Assembly (NCBI GenBank): GCA_021771695.1
Contig: JAETON010000008.1
Coordinates: 8,089-72,088 of the forward strand
Source: Lachnospiraceae bacterium
GTDB lineage: Bacteria > Bacillota > Clostridia > Lachnospirales > Lachnospiraceae
Length of the DNA stretch: 64,000 nucleotides
Direction: 5' to 3'
Shown: piece by piece, positions 28,340-38,507 of the stretch
Position numbering within the stretch: position 1 is the first letter of the stretch
Layout: each line of letters opens with the position of its first letter
Made by a program: the position numbers and the translations under genes
Notes under the pieces: model-generated
Told to the model about the DNA's origin: nothing
Databases searched by the model: none
The model's input: only the letters and a program-made list of their open reading frames with translations

Positions 28340-29620
28340 TTATGATAGTTGTAAACTATTTAACTGCTCATAAAATGCAGGATATGATACATCTACACAC
28401 TCTGCATCTTCAATAATCGTTTCACCTTGGGCATTGATACCAGCAATAGAAAATGTCATTGCAATCCGATGATCGTATTTACAGTGAATCCTTGCTCCGT
28501 GCAATGGATTCCCGCCGCGAATCTTCATACCATCTTCTGTGGCTTCTGCGTCCACTCCCATTTTTACAAGATTATCTACCGTCAACGCAATGCGGTCTGA
28601 TTCTTTTACTTTTAATTCTTCCGCATCTTTGATAACTGTCTCTCCTTCTGCAAAAGCAGCCAGCAGTGCAATTACAGGAATCTCGTCAATCAATGTCGGT
28701 ATTACTTCTCCTTCAATCACAGTTCCTTTCAATTCACTTGTTTTTACAACAATATCTGCTGTTGGTTCTCCCCCGCTATCCACTACATTTTCTAACGTTA
28801 CATCTGCTCCCATATCTTTACATACCCGCAGAATTCCGTCACGGGTTGGATTAATTCCTACATTCTTTAATCGAATACATGAATTTGGCGTAATTAATCC
28901 TGCAGCAATAAAAAAGGTAGCAGAAGAAATATCTCCCGGTACTACAATATCTGAAGCATACATTTCTTTTGGAGGCGTCACCACTGCAGTTGTCCCTTGG
29001 GATTCTACCGTTACACCAAAAGAACGCAGCATAAGTTCTGTATGATTTCTGGAAAGTACCGGTTCTGTAACACTGGTTTTCCCATCTGCATATAACCCTG
29101 CCAGCAAAGCACAGGATTTTACCTGCGCGGAAGCTACCGGAGAATCATAATGAATTCCTTTTAACTTCGTTCCCCGGATGACGAGTGGTGCACAATCATT
29201 TCCATGTACACTCTCAATATCTGCCCCCATCATTTTTAATGGTATCATAATCCGCTTCATTGGACGTTTATTCAGCGATGCATCCCCGGATAATGTAACT
29301 TCAAAATCCTGTCCTGCAAGAATTCCGGAAATTAAACGGGTTGTTGTTCCGCTGTTCCCCACATCCAGCATATCTTTCGGCTGTTTCAATCCATGAAGTC
29401 CATTTCCATGAACCTTAACATCAGTTCCATCCTGCTCAATTTCTACACCCATTTTACGAAAACAGTCGATGGTCGCCAAACAATCGGCACCGGATAAAAA
29501 ATTACTGATATGTGTTGTTCCTTTTGCCAAAGCACCAAACATCACCGCCCTATGACTGATGGATTTATCTCCCGGAATTGACAGTTTCCCTTGAAGTCCC
29601 TTTACTTTTGTAAGTTTCAT
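28340..29620 (-). CDS. aroA: EPSP synthase
   Basis: 'PGDKSISHRA', 'GNSGTT', 'SAQVKS', 'SRNHTE', 'KESDRI', 'DHRIAM'. Confidence 0.97.
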   Translation of the reverse strand: MKLTKVKGLQGKLSIPGDKSISHRAVMFGALAKGTTHISNFLSGADCLATIDCFRKMGVEIEQDGTDVKVHGNGLHGLKQPKDMLDVGNSGTTTRLISGILAGQDFEVTLSGDASLNKRPMKRIMIPLKMMGADIESVHGNDCAPLVIRGTKLKGIHYDSPVASAQVKSCALLAGLYADGKTSVTEPVLSRNHTELMLRSFGVTVESQGTTAVVTPPKEMYASDIVVPGDISSATFFIAAGLITPNSCIRLKNVGINPTRDGILRVCKDMGADVTLENVVDSGGEPTADIVVKTSELKGTVIEGEVIPTLIDEIPVIALLAAFAEGETVIKDAEELKVKESDRIALTVDNLVKMGVDAEATEDGMKIRGGNPLHGARIHCKYDHRIAMTFSIAGINAQGETIIEDAECVDVSYPAFYEQLNSLQLS

Positions 29621-29622
29621 CG

Positions 29623-30732
29623 TTATTTCCTCTCGTATACCATGTAGTTTTTATTTCGTAAAATTTCTTTTGCCCGTCTGGCTGAATCATCATCATACAG
29701 CATAATCTTAAATACACCTTCTTCAAATTCGCGGTTATGAATAATTCCAATATTCTTGATACTAATATGATTCAATGCCAGCAGCGTCGTTGTCGTAGCA
29801 ATCGTTCCCGGTTCATCCGGAATATCAATAAAAATCTCATAGGATTTTTCCATTAAGCCTACCGCACTGTCTGGTACGGAGCTTCGATATTCGCCTGCTT
29901 CTTTAAAATATGTATTTAAATACTCCCGGTTCTCTTCATCTAATGCCTGAATTACCGTCTCTAAATGCTCTTTTGCCTGTGTCAGCAGGTTCTTGATATT
30001 TTCTTTATTTGATAATGAAATCTGCTCCCATACAACCGGAGAAGAAGATGCAATTCGGGTAATATCTTTAAATCCTCCCGCAGCCAATTGTTTCAAAATC
30101 CCATTATCTGTATCCATATCTTTTACCAAATGCACCAGCTCTGACGCAATAATGTGCGGCACATGACTGATGGCAGCTGTAAAAGCATCGTGCTGATCAT
30201 ATTCCAAAAGAATCGTCAAAGCTCCCAGTTCTTCAATAAAACTGGTAAACTCTTTTACCTTTTCTTCACTGACTTTCTTTGTCGGAGTAATAAAATAATA
30301 AGCATTTTCTACCAGCCGGTCAGAACTAAAAGAAAATCCTGCTTTCTCGGAACCCACCATAGGATGTCCGCCGATAAAACATTCCTCCATCTGAAGTTCT
30401 TCTACCTTCTTATGGATTTCTCCTTTTACACTGCCTACATCTGTGACAATGCAGTCTTTCCCAATTGATTCTTTTAATCTTTGAAGATACATTATATTAT
30501 ATTGTACCGGAGCACATAAAAAGACATAATTACATTCTTTAAAATCTTCTCCGCATCCATCAGACGCTGCATCGATAATTCTCTCTTGTAATGCTGTCTT
30601 TAATGTCTCACGGTCCTCATCAAAACCAATGATTTTATAATTTGGAAAGACTCTTTTGATTCCCTTTGCGATGGAACCCCCAATCAGTCCAAGGCCAATA
30701 AAACCAATGGTAAAATTGCTGTCCGTAACCAT
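29623..30732 (-). CDS. tyrA: Prephenate dehydrogenase with C-terminal ACT domain
   Basis: 'GLGLIGGS', 'DVGSVK', 'GGHPMVGSE', 'SHVPH', 'GGFKDITRIA'; C-terminal ACT 'DIPDEPG'; start placed at MVTDS. Confidence 0.93.
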   Translation of the reverse strand: MVTDSNFTIGFIGLGLIGGSIAKGIKRVFPNYKIIGFDEDRETLKTALQERIIDAASDGCGEDFKECNYVFLCAPVQYNIMYLQRLKESIGKDCIVTDVGSVKGEIHKKVEELQMEECFIGGHPMVGSEKAGFSFSSDRLVENAYYFITPTKKVSEEKVKEFTSFIEELGALTILLEYDQHDAFTAAISHVPHIIASELVHLVKDMDTDNGILKQLAAGGFKDITRIASSSPVVWEQISLSNKENIKNLLTQAKEHLETVIQALDEENREYLNTYFKEAGEYRSSVPDSAVGLMEKSYEIFIDIPDEPGTIATTTTLLALNHISIKNIGIIHNREFEEGVFKIMLYDDDSARRAKEILRNKNYMVYERK

Positions 30733-30921
30733 ATTTTTTCTCCTTAAATTCTTCTTTTCATTGTACCGTCTGATCTTCAAAAAGTCAATACTTCCTCACT
30801 TTAAAGCAAAAAAGTGAAAAAGTTTCTAAATAAATAATGAAAAAACCTATTGAATGGCTGAAAAAAATGCTTTATGATTAATTTAACATACATTTTACAT
30901 TCACCACAAAAGGAGCATTTC

Positions 30922-31473
30922 ATGTTTGAGAAAGCCGTTATTTTTGCAACAACCGCCCATGCCGGGCAAAAACGAAAAGGCACCTGTCTCCCTTTTATTA
31001 TCCACCCGATGGAAGTTGCTTCGATCGTAGCTGCTATGACTCATGACGAAGACATGATGTGTGCTGCTGTTCTTCATGATGTTGTTGAAGACTGTAAAGC
31101 CGTTTCTCTTGACGATATACGGCAGGAATTCGGAGATAAAATCGCCTCCTATGTAGAACAGGAAAGCGAAGATAAAAGCAAAACATGGATAGAGCGAAAA
31201 GGACGGACCATTGAGTTTTTAAAACACGAAGCATCTCTAAATGCAAAGATTCTTGCCATGGGAGACAAACTTGCCAATATCCGTTCTATTTCCCGTGATT
31301 ACAAAGTTTTAGGTGAAGGACTTTGGCAAAGATTCAATATGAAGGACAAAGATATGCAGGGCTGGTATTATCAAGGTTTGATTGAAGGATTTGAAGCTTT
31401 AAAAGAGTACCATCAATATACGGAGTACTGTTATCTTGTAGAGCAGGTGTTCGGAACAAAAACCTCTACATAA
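30922..31473 (+). CDS. Stand-alone RelA/SpoT-type HD hydrolase (small alarmone hydrolase / Mesh1-like)
   Basis: 'AH.GQKRKG..PFIIHP', 'LHDVVED', 'SED', 'DKLAN'; RBS AAGGAG before ATG at 30922. Confidence 0.8.
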   Translation: MFEKAVIFATTAHAGQKRKGTCLPFIIHPMEVASIVAAMTHDEDMMCAAVLHDVVEDCKAVSLDDIRQEFGDKIASYVEQESEDKSKTWIERKGRTIEFLKHEASLNAKILAMGDKLANIRSISRDYKVLGEGLWQRFNMKDKDMQGWYYQGLIEGFEALKEYHQYTEYCYLVEQVFGTKTST

Positions 31474-31476
31474 CCT

Positions 31477-31513
31477 AAAAATCCCGCACAAATCATCTCT
31501 GTGCGGGATTTTT
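31477..31513. terminator. Bidirectional terminator
   Basis: AAAAATCCCGCACA / TGTGCGGGATTTTT between convergent genes. Confidence 0.8.
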
Positions 31514-31520
31514 GCATGTT

Positions 31521-31883
31521 TTATTCTGCTTTTTCAAAGACCAGCTTTACGCCGCTTGTTTCCACAGCTAAATTTCCATCTTCCTCTTTGAATTCTAAGT
31601 TTGTTTCATCTTTTAACTTGATGCCATCATCAATTTCTTCCCATTCACCGGAATATTTCTTACTTCCATATGAGAAACTTGCTTTTCCATCAGATTTTAG
31701 TTCCAGAGTAATCTCTGTGTCTGAATTCATTGCCTGCTTCATCTGCTCTTTAGAAAGAGTTACTCCGCTTGCCTGTGCTTCCTTCAAATTCCACTTTCCA
31801 ACATATTTGCTGTCTTTACTGCATGCAAACACTGCAAATGCCATACAGCAGATCAAAAGCAAACTCATCAATCTTTTTTTCAT
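31521..31883 (-). CDS. Small lipoprotein (lipocalin-like beta protein)
   Basis: Lipobox 'VFAC'; 'YVGKW', 'LELKSDG', 'G.W'. Confidence 0.75.
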   Translation of the reverse strand: MKKRLMSLLLICCMAFAVFACSKDSKYVGKWNLKEAQASGVTLSKEQMKQAMNSDTEITLELKSDGKASFSYGSKKYSGEWEEIDDGIKLKDETNLEFKEEDGNLAVETSGVKLVFEKAE

Positions 31884-32018
31884 ACTTTTCCTCCTTCGTA
31901 TATCAACAGTTATCTTTTCTATAAATATAACAGATTTGGGGAAAAGTTACAATACTTTATATGAAGTTTCCGTGAATTTTGTTACATTTTTATTACATTT
32001 TTAAAAATATGGATATAT

Positions 32019-32798
32019 TTACTTATCCAAAATCAATTCCGGCAGTTCAGACATATCTCGAATCACATAATCTGCTCCTGCTTCTAAAAAAGAATCTTTC
32101 ACTTGTTGATACAGTGATTCTTTCTGTGCGTCCTCTAATAAGAGATATTCTTTTTCTGATAATCCCATTTCAGAACTTCCTTCCACAACTCCAATAGACA
32201 CAATTCCTGCATTTTTTCCTTCCAGAATATCTGAGACAGTGTCTCCAACTTTTACAACATCTTTCACAGACAAAATCCCCAATGCCTCCATATTTTTAAA
32301 AATCATGTATGGATATGGACGTCCTTTGGAGTTTACGGAATCCGGACTGAACCATTCATCTGGTGCATAACCATTTTCTTTGGCACCTTTTGTGACAACC
32401 TCCATCATCTCATCCGTATATCCGGTTGTTGAACCAACCTTAATTCCATGCTGTCTAAGTATCTTTACGGTCTCCAATACATGAGGTTTTACATCCGTAA
32501 ACTGATCCAGAATCCCCATAAGCTTACGTTCAAACATATGATACATTTCCAAGACATCTTCTTCTGTAGATTCTCTTTGATACTTTTCTTTCCAAAGATT
32601 CTGAATCCGCTCCATTGCAAGCATTGTGCGAATATGGTCAATTTTCAACATTCCCATTGGTTTACGAACCTCTTCTATCGCCGGTTTGATTCCAAATTCT
32701 TTAAATACTTCCACAAATGCCTGAACCGGTGCAAAACATCCATAATCAACCGTTGTCCCTGCCCAGTCAAAAATAACTGCTTTTACTTTAGTTTTCAT
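32019..32798 (-). CDS. phnX: Phosphonoacetaldehyde hydrolase
   Basis: 'IFDWAGTTVDYGCFAP', 'PMGMLK.DHI', 'GRP.PYM', 'KVGDT'. Confidence 0.95.
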   Translation of the reverse strand: MKTKVKAVIFDWAGTTVDYGCFAPVQAFVEVFKEFGIKPAIEEVRKPMGMLKIDHIRTMLAMERIQNLWKEKYQRESTEEDVLEMYHMFERKLMGILDQFTDVKPHVLETVKILRQHGIKVGSTTGYTDEMMEVVTKGAKENGYAPDEWFSPDSVNSKGRPYPYMIFKNMEALGILSVKDVVKVGDTVSDILEGKNAGIVSIGVVEGSSEMGLSEKEYLLLEDAQKESLYQQVKDSFLEAGADYVIRDMSELPELILDK

Positions 32799-33888
32799 GC
32801 TTTTTTACCTCCAGAAATTCTTTCATGATACTGCAAAGTGCCTCAACATCTTCCCGATAAATTTCTCCAATGTTTCCAATACGAAATGTCTCAGCTTCCA
32901 TTACCTTTCCAGGATATATTGCATAGCCCCGCTCTTTAATATATTGATACATTTCTTCAAACGTAAAATTGGCATCTTTAGGGAATATAAATGTAGTAAT
33001 AATCGGGCCCTGATACTTTTCCTCAATATATGGTTCAAGTCCCATTTCCTGAAATCTTTTTCGGATTTCCCGATTATTTTCATAGTAGCGATTGGCACGT
33101 GCCAAAATTCCGCCTTCTTTTTTCAATTCTTCTATTGCCTGCGCAAAAGCCAATACTGTATGCGTTGGAGAAGTAAAACGCCATTTCCCATCTTTATTCA
33201 TAGTTTCCCATTGATCATATAAATCCAGTGAAAGACTTCTTGCCTGTTCTTTCGTTTTCATTAATGCTTCCTTTTTCGCAAAAATAAATGAAAATCCGGG
33301 TACTCCCTGAATACACTTATTGGCACTGCTGATCAAAAAATCAATTTCTAACTGCTGCACTGGAATGTCCATGCCTCCAAAACTGCTCATTGCATCTACA
33401 ATCATCGTACAATTTTTATTTTTTACAACTCTTGTAACTTCTTCTATATTATTTAAAATTCCAGAAGTTGTTTCACTATGTACCATGGATACATGCGTAA
33501 TAGAATCATCACCTTCTAAAATTTCTGCAATTTTTTCTACATCCGGCTGTTTATCATAATCCTGATGATAAATTGCATAGGAAAGTCCTGCATGTTTTGC
33601 AATATCTTCCATGCGTTCTCCATATGCTCCATTGGAAACAATCAACAATTTATCCTTTTTTCCAACAGAACTGGTTAACACAGATTCTACCCCGAATGTT
33701 CCGCTTCCCTGCATCAGTATCACTGTATATTCTTCACCATCTGCATGTGCAAGCTGTAATAAATCATTTCTAATCTTTAAAGTAATTTTTTTATAATCAT
33801 CATCCCATGTACAGTGATCAAACATCATTTCTTTTTTTACCGTGTCTGTTGTGGTTAACGGACCTGGTGTCAGTAATTTATATTTCAT
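32788..33888 (-). CDS. phnW: 2-aminoethylphosphonate:pyruvate transaminase
   Basis: 'LLTPGPLTT', 'GSGT', 'NGAYG', 'HSETTSG', 'DAMSSFGG', 'SANKCIQG.PG', 'RFTSPTH'. Confidence 0.95.
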   Translation of the reverse strand: MKYKLLTPGPLTTTDTVKKEMMFDHCTWDDDYKKITLKIRNDLLQLAHADGEEYTVILMQGSGTFGVESVLTSSVGKKDKLLIVSNGAYGERMEDIAKHAGLSYAIYHQDYDKQPDVEKIAEILEGDDSITHVSMVHSETTSGILNNIEEVTRVVKNKNCTMIVDAMSSFGGMDIPVQQLEIDFLISSANKCIQGVPGFSFIFAKKEALMKTKEQARSLSLDLYDQWETMNKDGKWRFTSPTHTVLAFAQAIEELKKEGGILARANRYYENNREIRKRFQEMGLEPYIEEKYQGPIITTFIFPKDANFTFEEMYQYIKERGYAIYPGKVMEAETFRIGNIGEIYREDVEALCSIMKEFLEVKKHEN

Positions 33889-33891
33889 TGC

Positions 33892-34905
33892 TTATTCCCC
33901 CATTGCTCTTTCAGATAAATCTTGATGTGCTTTTAACAAATCCAATGTCAGTTTCTCTTTAAAGACTTTTGGATTTCCAGATTTCTGTTCTTTATCCTCT
34001 TTTTCTCCGTTATAAAGCGGTACAGGATAATTTTTCATCAATTCACTTCTGCCTTCTTTGATGATACATTCTGCCATTTTCATTGCAAGTTTACTCTTTT
34101 CATCATTATTATCTTTGTTCAATACCGCCACAGATTCTGTCAATGTAAAGTTACCTTCTGTTGGATCAACATAATCAATTGGAAGTCCATCTTTTTTATC
34201 TGCTACTGCCTGCTGTCTTAATCCAAATCCAATGGCAGCTTCTCCAGCTCTTACTTTTTTTATCGGTCCGGAACCGGAATCTTCAATATGATCTCCCGCA
34301 TTTTTATAAATATCCCTTAAAATACTTTGTGCCTCCGTTTCTCCATATTCAGATACCAATCCCTGAATTAACAGCCATGCTGTAGAAGACGCTTTTACAT
34401 CTGTGACAGAAATATATCCTTTGTACACCGGTTTTGCCAAATCCTTGATAGATTTTGGCTGTGGAAGTTTATTTTCCTTCATCATTTTTGTATTTAAGAT
34501 TAAAGTCCCTTCCTGTGCTGTAATTGGTGATTCATATTTTTCAAAATCTTCTTCCTTCTGAAGATTTCTGTCAAATGTCAGTTCCTTAAACATTTTATTT
34601 TTCTCCTGCGCACTTTCCACATAAAAGGTACTCATTGTAATCATATCTGCTTCTAGTTTCTTTCCTTCTGCAATCAGTTTTCCTCCCAGTTCTGATGTAC
34701 CAAACGTCTGGAACACATATTTCCCTTCATAACCGTTTCCATCCAAAGTTTTTTTCATTGCTTCTACAGCTTCATCATCTGCATTAGAATAAATAATTAC
34801 TTTGTTGTCTGCTGTTTTACTGCTGCATCCTGCAGCTGCTGCTCCGGCTAAGACCATCATTCCTGCCAAAAGTCCTACGGACACCTTCTTCATTAACTTT
34901 CTCAT
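33892..34905 (-). CDS. ABC transporter substrate-binding lipoprotein, probably for 2-AEP
   Basis: Lipoprotein signal ('AAGC'); Fe3+/phosphonate-type SBP pattern; in the phnWX operon. Confidence 0.8.
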   Translation of the reverse strand: MRKLMKKVSVGLLAGMMVLAGAAAAGCSSKTADNKVIIYSNADDEAVEAMKKTLDGNGYEGKYVFQTFGTSELGGKLIAEGKKLEADMITMSTFYVESAQEKNKMFKELTFDRNLQKEEDFEKYESPITAQEGTLILNTKMMKENKLPQPKSIKDLAKPVYKGYISVTDVKASSTAWLLIQGLVSEYGETEAQSILRDIYKNAGDHIEDSGSGPIKKVRAGEAAIGFGLRQQAVADKKDGLPIDYVDPTEGNFTLTESVAVLNKDNNDEKSKLAMKMAECIIKEGRSELMKNYPVPLYNGEKEDKEQKSGNPKVFKEKLTLDLLKAHQDLSERAMGE

Positions 34906-34919
34906 ATTTTCTCTCCTTT

Positions 34920-36545
34920 TTACTTCATTTTCTCTTTATATGCCAACCATTGAAATAAATATTTCGCAATGATGTTGGCTGCTAAAATTAATAGTGACAA
35001 AACAAAAACTTCATTGAATTTGTTGTAATACTGCAATTCTTTGATTTTTGTCGTAATAACCATCGTATGGGCACCTGCAAGGAAAATAACAGCACTGATC
35101 GTTACCATTGCATTTACAAAATAATAACTAAATACTTCCAGAATTGTTCCCAGAGCATTAGGTGTCACAACACGAACAATGGTTTTCATCCATGTATCAC
35201 CCATCAGTATTGCTGTTGTTTCCCATGATGCATTCATCTTCAACAATGAATTCTTCATCATCAGATACGGTGTTGAAAAATAATGGACAATATCGCAAAT
35301 AATCAGAATAAAAAACGTTCCTTGGAAATTTGTTCCGGTAAAAGTCAGCAAAAACGCAATACCTAATACCATACCCGGAATCGTATTGATTACAAGAGCA
35401 ATTCCTTCAATCACACTTTTTAATTTTTCATTCAATGTACTCCTTGCTGTCACCAATGCTGCTCCATAACTGATCAAAACGCCAAAGACTGCCGCTAATA
35501 CTGCAACGAACAAAGAATTTGTATAAACACCAAGCAGATTTGGATCCTGAAAAACAGCGGTAAAGTGTTCCACCGTAAAGTTCAACCGATATGGCCATTC
35601 TTCTACAAATGGAACCACAAAGATTACTGCAAAAATAGATAACATTGCAGCCATGATTCCTGCACTAATTCCCATGAACACACCATCTCTAACTCGGTTT
35701 TTTTCTAATTCTATATTAGAAATTTTGTTGTAACGAATGTTATATCTTTCCAGCCATTTCAAAATTACAATGCTGATAATAGAAGGCATCAGCATTACCA
35801 TTGCTACTACGGCACCCCTGTTAAAATCAGGAATACTTCCAAGCATTTCCTGATAAAGAACTCCCGCAATAGTATTTACTTTTCCTCCTACAGAAGCTGG
35901 AATTCCAAAATCCGTAAAACTTAGGAAAAAGGACTGAATCATGGAAGCCGCCAGCGTTCCCCACAAAGGACGCAGCACCGAAATCTGGAAGTTTGCCAAA
36001 GGATGATCCCTCATCAATTTGGAAACCACTCCAAATTTTTTATCAATATACCCCATCGTGTTGTGAATCAACATAAATGCCGTTGGTATCGTATAAATCA
36101 CATATCCAAGTGTCAATCCCGGAAATCCATACATATAGACTTCATGACCGAAAATCCGTGTCAAAAGCCCCTGCTTCCCAAAAGAATAAATGATTGCAAA
36201 ACCATATGTAATCGTCGGAAGCAGCATGGGAAGCAGCGCTATAATGTTTACTAGCTTTTTCCATATTTTAGGTACATTGGTATAATAAATGGTATATGCC
36301 AGCAAAAATGCCAAAACAGTAGTAATAAATGCACAGGTAAAGGAAATCAAAAGGCTGTTTTTCAGTGCTTTTAAAAAACTGCTTTCCCTTAAAATTTCTC
36401 TAAAATAACTCCATGTAAAACTTCCATTTTCCACAAATGCCTGCTGCATCAATTTTAACAATGGAACAAAAAGAAATATAAGGAATACCAGCATCACGCA
36501 GGCATATATCATTTTAATTTCAATATTTTTTCTTCCCTTTTTCAC
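34920..36545 (-). CDS. ABC transporter permease (two fused TM domains)
   Basis: Two EAA-like loops; 'FTDFG.PA.VGG'. Confidence 0.88.
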   Translation of the reverse strand: MKKGRKNIEIKMIYACVMLVFLIFLFVPLLKLMQQAFVENGSFTWSYFREILRESSFLKALKNSLLISFTCAFITTVLAFLLAYTIYYTNVPKIWKKLVNIIALLPMLLPTITYGFAIIYSFGKQGLLTRIFGHEVYMYGFPGLTLGYVIYTIPTAFMLIHNTMGYIDKKFGVVSKLMRDHPLANFQISVLRPLWGTLAASMIQSFFLSFTDFGIPASVGGKVNTIAGVLYQEMLGSIPDFNRGAVVAMVMLMPSIISIVILKWLERYNIRYNKISNIELEKNRVRDGVFMGISAGIMAAMLSIFAVIFVVPFVEEWPYRLNFTVEHFTAVFQDPNLLGVYTNSLFVAVLAAVFGVLISYGAALVTARSTLNEKLKSVIEGIALVINTIPGMVLGIAFLLTFTGTNFQGTFFILIICDIVHYFSTPYLMMKNSLLKMNASWETTAILMGDTWMKTIVRVVTPNALGTILEVFSYYFVNAMVTISAVIFLAGAHTMVITTKIKELQYYNKFNEVFVLSLLILAANIIAKYLFQWLAYKEKMK

Positions 36546-37327
36546 GAAACAAGAACCGCCTTTCTGTTTTTCTCCACAGCTGTCGTTTCTCCAAATAATG
36601 TAAATATATTATTTCTTTTAATCCTCAATTGATTTAAAATAAATTTTTCAACAAAAGCATTTTTCGGTTGGTGAATAATTTCTTCCGGCCGTCCAAACTG
36701 GGCAATTCCTCCATCATTTAAAATCATAACCCGGTCAGATAAAGTCAAAGCTTCCTCTGGATCATGAGTTACAATAATCGTTGTTAAATGATATTCCTTG
36801 GCAATTGTTTTAATCCGGTCCTTAATTGATTCTTTGATAACTCCGTCCAATGCACTTAATGGTTCATCCAAAAGCAGAATTTTCGGCTTCATAACCATCG
36901 TTCTTGCCAATGCAGCTCTTTGCTTCTGTCCTCCTGATAACTGCTCGATTCTTTTCGTTAAATGTTCTCGAAGTCCTAATAAATCAATCAATTCTTCTAC
37001 TTCTTCTTTGGTAGAAATACCCGGTTTATTTTTTAAACCATATGTAATATTCCTATAAACATTTAAATTTGGGAACAATGCGTAGTCTTGAAATACGATG
37101 TTAAATCCTCGTTTTTCCATTGGAAGATGTGTCATATCTTCTCCGTTATAAATGATTTTTCCACTGTCCGCTTCTGTAATTCCAAGAATCAAATTCAACA
37201 GCGTCGTCTTTCCACATCCTGACGGTCCTAAAATAGAAACAATTTCTCCATCCTGAATATCCAGATTCATGTTTTCCAAAATTGGGACTCCATCATAAGA
37301 TTTTGTTATATTCTCCAGTTTTAACAT
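36542..37327 (-). CDS. ABC transporter ATP-binding protein
   Basis: GPSGCGKTT, LSGGQKQR, LLLDEP; start placed at MLKLEN, not 37519. Confidence 0.92.
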   Translation of the reverse strand: MLKLENITKSYDGVPILENMNLDIQDGEIVSILGPSGCGKTTLLNLILGITEADSGKIIYNGEDMTHLPMEKRGFNIVFQDYALFPNLNVYRNITYGLKNKPGISTKEEVEELIDLLGLREHLTKRIEQLSGGQKQRAALARTMVMKPKILLLDEPLSALDGVIKESIKDRIKTIAKEYHLTTIIVTHDPEEALTLSDRVMILNDGGIAQFGRPEEIIHQPKNAFVEKFILNQLRIKRNNIFTLFGETTAVEKNRKAVLVS

Positions 37328-37435
37328 AAAATGAAACTCCTTTTTTTCATTGTGCAGCAGCAATGACTGCCTATTTCCCTTGAAACATCTGCTATTATAG
37401 CAACCGCATTTTAAGCGGACTATCACAAAAAAATA

Positions 37436-37473
37436 AAAACTATGTAAAGTCCAAGTAAACTTTACATAGTTTT
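37436..37473 (-). terminator. 15-bp inverted repeat, probable terminator of the RpiR gene
   Basis: AAAACTATGTAAAGT / ACTTTACATAGTTTT with a T-run on the minus strand. Confidence 0.55.
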
Positions 37474-37511
37474 TACTAAGAAAAAATGTTGTAAAATTAC
37501 AAAAAGCATTT

Positions 37512-38390
37512 CTACTCATTTGGGAGGTATGCCTTATTCTGAATCACACGGCTGCTTTGATCCAGCTTTTTGGAATATACCCCATAATTTGAAATCAACA
37601 GCCCCATATAAATCATATCTACAAGGAGAATCTGGCTGGTTCTTGAAAAAACCGCATCTCCATAAAACAACTGATTTTGACTGGTACAAAGTAAGTAGTC
37701 TGCATACCGGGTAATGACCGAATTTTTAAAATTCGTAATTACGATGGTAGAAGCTCCGCTTTTTTTTGCAGCTTTCATTACTTCTACTGTATCTTCGGAA
37801 CAGCCGGAATAGGAAATCCCAATGGCCGCATCATTCTCCGTCAGATTACTGGCACAAATTCTCTGATGATAGTAATCATCCAAATGCCTGCAATTTAACC
37901 CTAGATACAACAGCTTCGTCAACAAATCGTTTGCCGCAACATTAGAATTTTCTACACTATAAATATCAATCACTTTTGCATGATTCAAAACATCGATTAC
38001 TTTCTTATAAGTTTTCATGGAAATGCTCTTTAGATTCTCTTCCATGATTTTTGCCGTTGTCATCACAATCTTTCCCGGTATATCCTCCAGCTTATCTTCC
38101 TTACTCAAAGAATATCCATACATCGGCTGTGCCCCGGCTTCTCTCATATTTTTCTTCTTTGCTATATCTAAAATTAAAGCATGCCGGAATTCTTTCAATC
38201 CCTGAAACCCAACTGCTTTCAACATTCTTAAAATCGTAGGCTGGCTGACATTACAGGTTTTAGCTAAATGACTCAATGGCATACTCTGTATTTCTTCCAA
38301 ATGTGCGAGAATATAATCTGCTGCTTTCTGCTCCGATGCACGTAAATCCCCATATTTTGTTTCAATCAAAAATTTTATATTATCTTCCAT
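37512..38390 (-). CDS. RpiR/MurR-family regulator (HTH + SIS)
   Basis: 'L..SEQKAADYIL', 'VSQPTILR..K.VGF.G.KEF', 'ISYSG', SIS domain. Confidence 0.92.
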   Translation of the reverse strand: MEDNIKFLIETKYGDLRASEQKAADYILAHLEEIQSMPLSHLAKTCNVSQPTILRMLKAVGFQGLKEFRHALILDIAKKKNMREAGAQPMYGYSLSKEDKLEDIPGKIVMTTAKIMEENLKSISMKTYKKVIDVLNHAKVIDIYSVENSNVAANDLLTKLLYLGLNCRHLDDYYHQRICASNLTENDAAIGISYSGCSEDTVEVMKAAKKSGASTIVITNFKNSVITRYADYLLCTSQNQLFYGDAVFSRTSQILLVDMIYMGLLISNYGVYSKKLDQSSRVIQNKAYLPNE

Positions 38391-38507
38391 AATATTCCCC
38401 TGTAATTTTTCTACAAAAATTCCTTTCGCATATCCTTGTTTTATTTAATTTTATTGTATCAAAAAAAGATACCAGCAAAACCAGTATCTTTGTTAAATGT
38501 ATGTAAA

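Noticed and set aside
36542-37519. Extended N-termini in the track (also 977-1867, 13315-14571, 17590-18141, 29623-30780, 58208-59581)
   Set aside because: The extensions cross promoters, terminators or neighbouring genes; downstream starts have RBSs and match family N-termini.
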